Program-made: the position numbers and the translations under genes
The notes under the pieces: model-generated
What the model saw: the letters and a program-made list of their open reading frames with translations, nothing else
The model's database searches: none
Told to the model about the DNA's origin: nothing
NCBI RefSeq assembly: GCF_009914755.1
Contig: NC_060938.1
Origin: the human T2T-CHM13v2.0 reference genome, Homo sapiens
DNA: 64,000 nt
Reading direction: 5' to 3' (one strand)
Shown: piece after piece, positions 57,916-64,000 of the stretch
Layout of the letters: every line of letters starts with the position of its first letter
How positions within the stretch are numbered: the first letter of the stretch is position 1

Positions 57916-58156
57916 CAGGATGTGATTGCCCATTCCCATGCTCCCCTTTGGCTTAAGGGGACAAGAGTGACCTTCTCTTTCTCGATGGGATGCACTCAGG
58001 TCTAGAGCTTGGGGGATGAAAAGAGTTATTCTGGGGACTCTGAATTGGATCTAGAAGTGACCTTGGGTGCTTTTCCAGCTGAAGGGTGGGGCTCTGGCTA
58101 CCTGGAAATGCCCTCCCTCCCATGGGAGAAACCTGGCGTTCCCAGGTGGGGAAGGG

Positions 58157-58217
58157 GTTGCTGCCACCACAGGTTGGCTCGACAGGGGCCCACTGTGAGG
58201 CTGGCCCTGGGCCATGG
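58157..58217 (-). repeat. Inverted copy of VRTN CDS segment 56501-56561
   Basis: The reverse complement of 58157-58212 matches 56506-56561 at 51/56, ungapped. It translates AQGQPHSGPLSSQPVVAA versus AQGQPHSGPLLSQPVVAA. Confidence 0.9.
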
Positions 58218-58569
58218 AGGCCAGGCCAGCACCTGGAGTCAAGTCTGTGCCAGACATTCTATTTAGTCCTTGCAATGTGCTCGGGCAGGTAGGCCCAGTC
58301 CTGTGACTGGGACACTCTAAGGACACAGCCTTAGAGTGGCTAATTTGCATGCTCCCTCTGTCTGGTGGGACAAGGGTGAGGGCAGCCTGCTGTAATGAGC
58401 AGCAGCAGGGATGTAATGGGAGCTTTAAGCCCAGGCCTTTGCCTGTTTGGTGAGGGAGGAATCATTAGGGAAGAAGTTCCCGTAGGCCCTTCTTCTGTCT
58501 GGGTTTCCTGCAGTGGCTGGCATCCTTGTGCTCCTGGGGAGTCATTCTTGCCTCTGCTTTTTATTCACC

Positions 58570-59850
<1,281 letters not shown>

Positions 59851-61354
59851 AAATGGGGTCTCTATCCCTTTCCTGCTGTTTTCCTTTGGGATTTGGTTTT
59901 ATCAGACATAATCCCCCTTCCTCCATATTTCTTGTGGACCATTTTTCTGCATCCCCACAGCTACCCCCTAATCTATACCAGCATCTGTTCCTCATCTTTG
60001 ATACTGGAACAGTTTTCAAACTGACTCTGCCTCCACTCAAACTATCCTAGTTCTTCCTGACAGGCCAGAATGATCCTACTGAAAGTCTGACTCACTGCTG
60101 GATTTCCCGTTGGCCCTCAGTACAAAATCCTAACTGTTTTGAGGCCCACCTGATTCTGGCCCCTACTTTCCTCTCCGGCTTATTTCTCCCCACCAACCCT
60201 CATTCAGACTGACCTTTCCCCCTGCATTCTTTTCTCCCTCCCACAAGTGGCATTGTTGAGGCTCTGTACTGAGCCCTGGAGTCTTCACTGAAGCCCCACC
60301 ACCAATGTAACCATTTGACATTTGATGGAGGGGTTGGACTGGGAATGTTACCATCTGGCCTGCAATAGCCACATATAGCCAGCAGATGGCAATCGGGTGC
60401 AGCAACAGACAAAGTCTCTCTCTGGGTTCCCAATCCGCACGCGGCTCTGATTTCCCAACCCCCGGTGTATCCGCCTTACTGCTTTGGCCATCCAGGGTGG
60501 TAGCAACTTCCTGAGAACTACCCTTATCGGGGTTCTGGATTCTCCTATTTGCTCTTTTGCCTGAACTCTCAAACCAGAGCAAATCCTCTGATGCCTGGAG
60601 GAGTATCTCACAGCGGGGTCTAAAAACCACCTGGATCGCAGTCTCCGTGGGAACTTATTAGGAGCGTGAATTCCAGTGCCCCATTCACACCTGCTGACTC
60701 CAACCTGAGACATTGGAGAGGTAGTATATGCACACGGATGAGTTACATAACCTTGCTGTGCCTCACTTTTTCCATCTGTAAGATGGGATTACAGTAATGC
60801 CTATAGGATAGTATCCTGCACATAGTGTTAGATAAGCCCAGTTTCAGAACCTCTGGGAGTCTGATTCCTGTTTTCTAGGAGGAAGTCAATACCCATGGAT
60901 ACTGTCGTTCAAGGTTACCCTCTAGGTTAAAGACACTCCTGTCCCAGGACTGAAAGGTGTTTTTGCCAGAGGCTAGCCCTGAGCCCTGAACTCACAGGCA
61001 GAAATTTTAGCTTCTGTTGGAAGAAATTAAGATAAAAAATGGTATATCAATATTTATAGATTTGGAAAAGGTTTCATAAGTATGGATAAGTTATTCTTGT
61101 GTAGAAAAGCTGTTTCCTTTCTAATCTGCTTAGAAAGGCAGGGATACCAAGTGGTGACCGTATTTGCTAAGAATACTTCATGCTGATTTTTGAAATCAAC
61201 ATCTGTTGAACTTATTTGTATTTTTCTTCACCATTTTCTATCTCTGATGCAGTGTAGAAAGTCCAGTGAAATGAACAATGTGTGAATAAAGGAAGAAAAA
61301 AATGTGAGGTTAACTTTGCATCTTCTTCCAACATTCTGTGTATTTGTAATGTAA

Positions 61355-61624
<270 letters not shown>

Positions 61625-62985
61625 TAACAATCTTAAATATAAAAGCTTCACCTCCCCCCACAAAAAAATCCAGTGAAACATTGAATAATTTAAAAAAATT
61701 ATCTCCACATTTATCCCCTGGAGGAAGAGGATTTTGGTGGAGATCAACATAAGCTGCTCCCCAAATGTTTCTCTGGAGTCCAGCACTCAGGCCCCAGGGC
61801 ATTGCTGGTGGCTTCTGGGTCCTGAGCAGCCACCTCATATCCCAACTGCCACTCCTGGATGTCCCACCATTGCCTCATTCTCACTGCCTGCCAATCTGGG
61901 CTCATCCCCCCCATTACCCTGGGACACACTTCTCTGAGTATCTTTCACCCCAGTTTCTGCAGCATCAGGTTCTTAGTTAAACTGTCCAGAAAGCTAAGAG
62001 TTGTCCTAGAACGTTCTCTCTCCCATACCTCTATCCCAGCAGGACCCTAGAAAAATGGCGGGTTTCACAAGGTTGCACACTGCTGGGTAATCACAGGGAA
62101 GAGAATTCCATTGGTCCAGCCCATCCCTGTCCCATCCTTTCCCCTGAGCACAGCTTTCATGCCAGGTCACACCTGAGGCTACTGGACAAGTTTTGGCCAA
62201 GGGCTGTGTCGGCCCTGCTCACAAGGGATCTGGCAGATATAATAGGTTCCTATCTAGCAGCCTCTGAGAGGCTGAGCTGTGAGCTGAGGAGACAGAGCCG
62301 TTTGTATTCAACTCTTGTCCTCACAAAGCCCTCAGTTTGCAGCAGCCGTGGTGTGACACAGTGTGATAGAGGCTTCCATATGGAATGGGCAAAAAGTGCA
62401 GCAGGCTCACAGGAAGCCTATGCTGGCTGATCTGTGTCTGGTACCTTGTGGCCTATTTTCCGAGAATGAGCCAGCTCTTTGAGTGTCGGCTGCCTGGGAG
62501 TCTCTGGGAAATGCCTCAGTTGCCCCTCAGGTGACCCTAGTCACTTGTTGTAAAAGACCCATTCCAGTTTGGTGGCTGTCACAGGAGGATGGGAAGCTAG
62601 GGGACAGGGCTCGTGCCACCAGGCAGTTGTCAGGATGGGGCTGGAAGGCTGAGAAGCAAAGCCCTGAGAGTGTGTGCAGGGAAGCCTGCTCCTGCCCCTG
62701 GCTGTCCGCTTTCATTGGCCTGATATCTCACCAGAACCTTCTCCTAGTGTGATTGCTTCTCCCCAACCCCAGCCAGTGACACCCAGGTTACCTGTAGGGT
62801 GTCACTAGTGGGTTGGTAAGTGTTCCCATTGCTAGTTTATCTCATGGAAGAGGAGGAGGGAAGGTTTTAGATAAGAAGCAGCAGAAAGTAGGTTTAATGG
62901 TATAAAAATTTTTCCATGTGGCCAGGAGCGGTGGCTCTCGCCTGTAATCCCAGCACTTTGGGAAGCCAAGGCGAGTGGATCACTA

Positions 62986-63215
<230 letters not shown>

Positions 63216-63664
63216 TTAAAAATGACTTTGAAAATAGCATGAAATCCACTTAACTCTAGGAGGTCTTCCCTGCCAGGCAGAGAGCTGGGGGAACAGAGAT
63301 AGGAGGGCAGCCAGGAGGAGACTGGGCAAGCAGCTGCTCATGTATGACCCTCTGCCTGCGGAGACCACTGGGTTGGCAGAAGGCAGAAAGGTCACAGGGG
63401 GTCCTCGCCAATGCCTCACCCCACTCCATACTGCAAGCCCCAGGGCCAGGAGGAGGAGAAGTGCAGGCTGTGGGGTCAGGGAGGTATTTGGGGAGCATCC
63501 AGGCTGAGTGGCTTTTGGTTCCCTTTCCTTCACCTGCCTCCCTCCCCCGCTGCAGCTCATCCTGGCTCAGACAGTTGCCTCTGCAGTATGGCAGACTGCA
63601 GGTATTGACAGTCAAGATCAGTTTCTAGGCTCCTTAACTGGGCAGAGTTATCTGTTGTCACTTA

Positions 63665-63799
<135 letters not shown>

Positions 63800-63860
63800 C
63801 TACTAAACATACAAAAATTAGCCGGGCATGGTGGCAGGTGCCTGAAATCCCAGCTACTCA

Positions 63861-63998
<138 letters not shown>

Positions 63999-64000
63999 AA

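Overview
Human (or closely related great-ape) genomic DNA, recognised as the ABCD4-VRTN interval (14q24.3 in human). The left edge holds ABCD4 exon 1 (- strand, MAVAGPAPGAGA[R]) and its CpG-island promoter. About 44 kb of very Alu-dense sequence follows (about 100 Alu copies or fragments in the whole window by eye), with a SUB1/PC4 processed pseudogene, solo LTRs, L2/MIR/L1M relics and hAT fossils. The complete VRTN (vertnin) gene lies on the + strand: non-coding exon 1 at about 46351-46532, a single coding exon with CDS 54664-56772 (702 aa), and a poly(A) signal at 57866. Almost all other ORFs in the track are Alu-derived or GC-rich noise. I cannot demonstrate a wholly new biological system. 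The best leads are: (1) a VRTN 5' leader with a cap-proximal hairpin, four short uORFs and a spliced 117-aa overlapping ORF; (2) VRTN as a probable pseudo-OTU protease followed by five transposase-like HTH repeats; (3) an inverted copy of part of the VRTN CDS just past the poly(A) site; (4) a candidate distal VRTN exon that may link to the ABCD4 promoter; (5) a retroposed 5' half of tRNA-Tyr; and (6) several local templated duplications and L1-type insertion scars. Repeat family names come from recalled consensus sequences, not a search, and many repeat boundaries are approximate.
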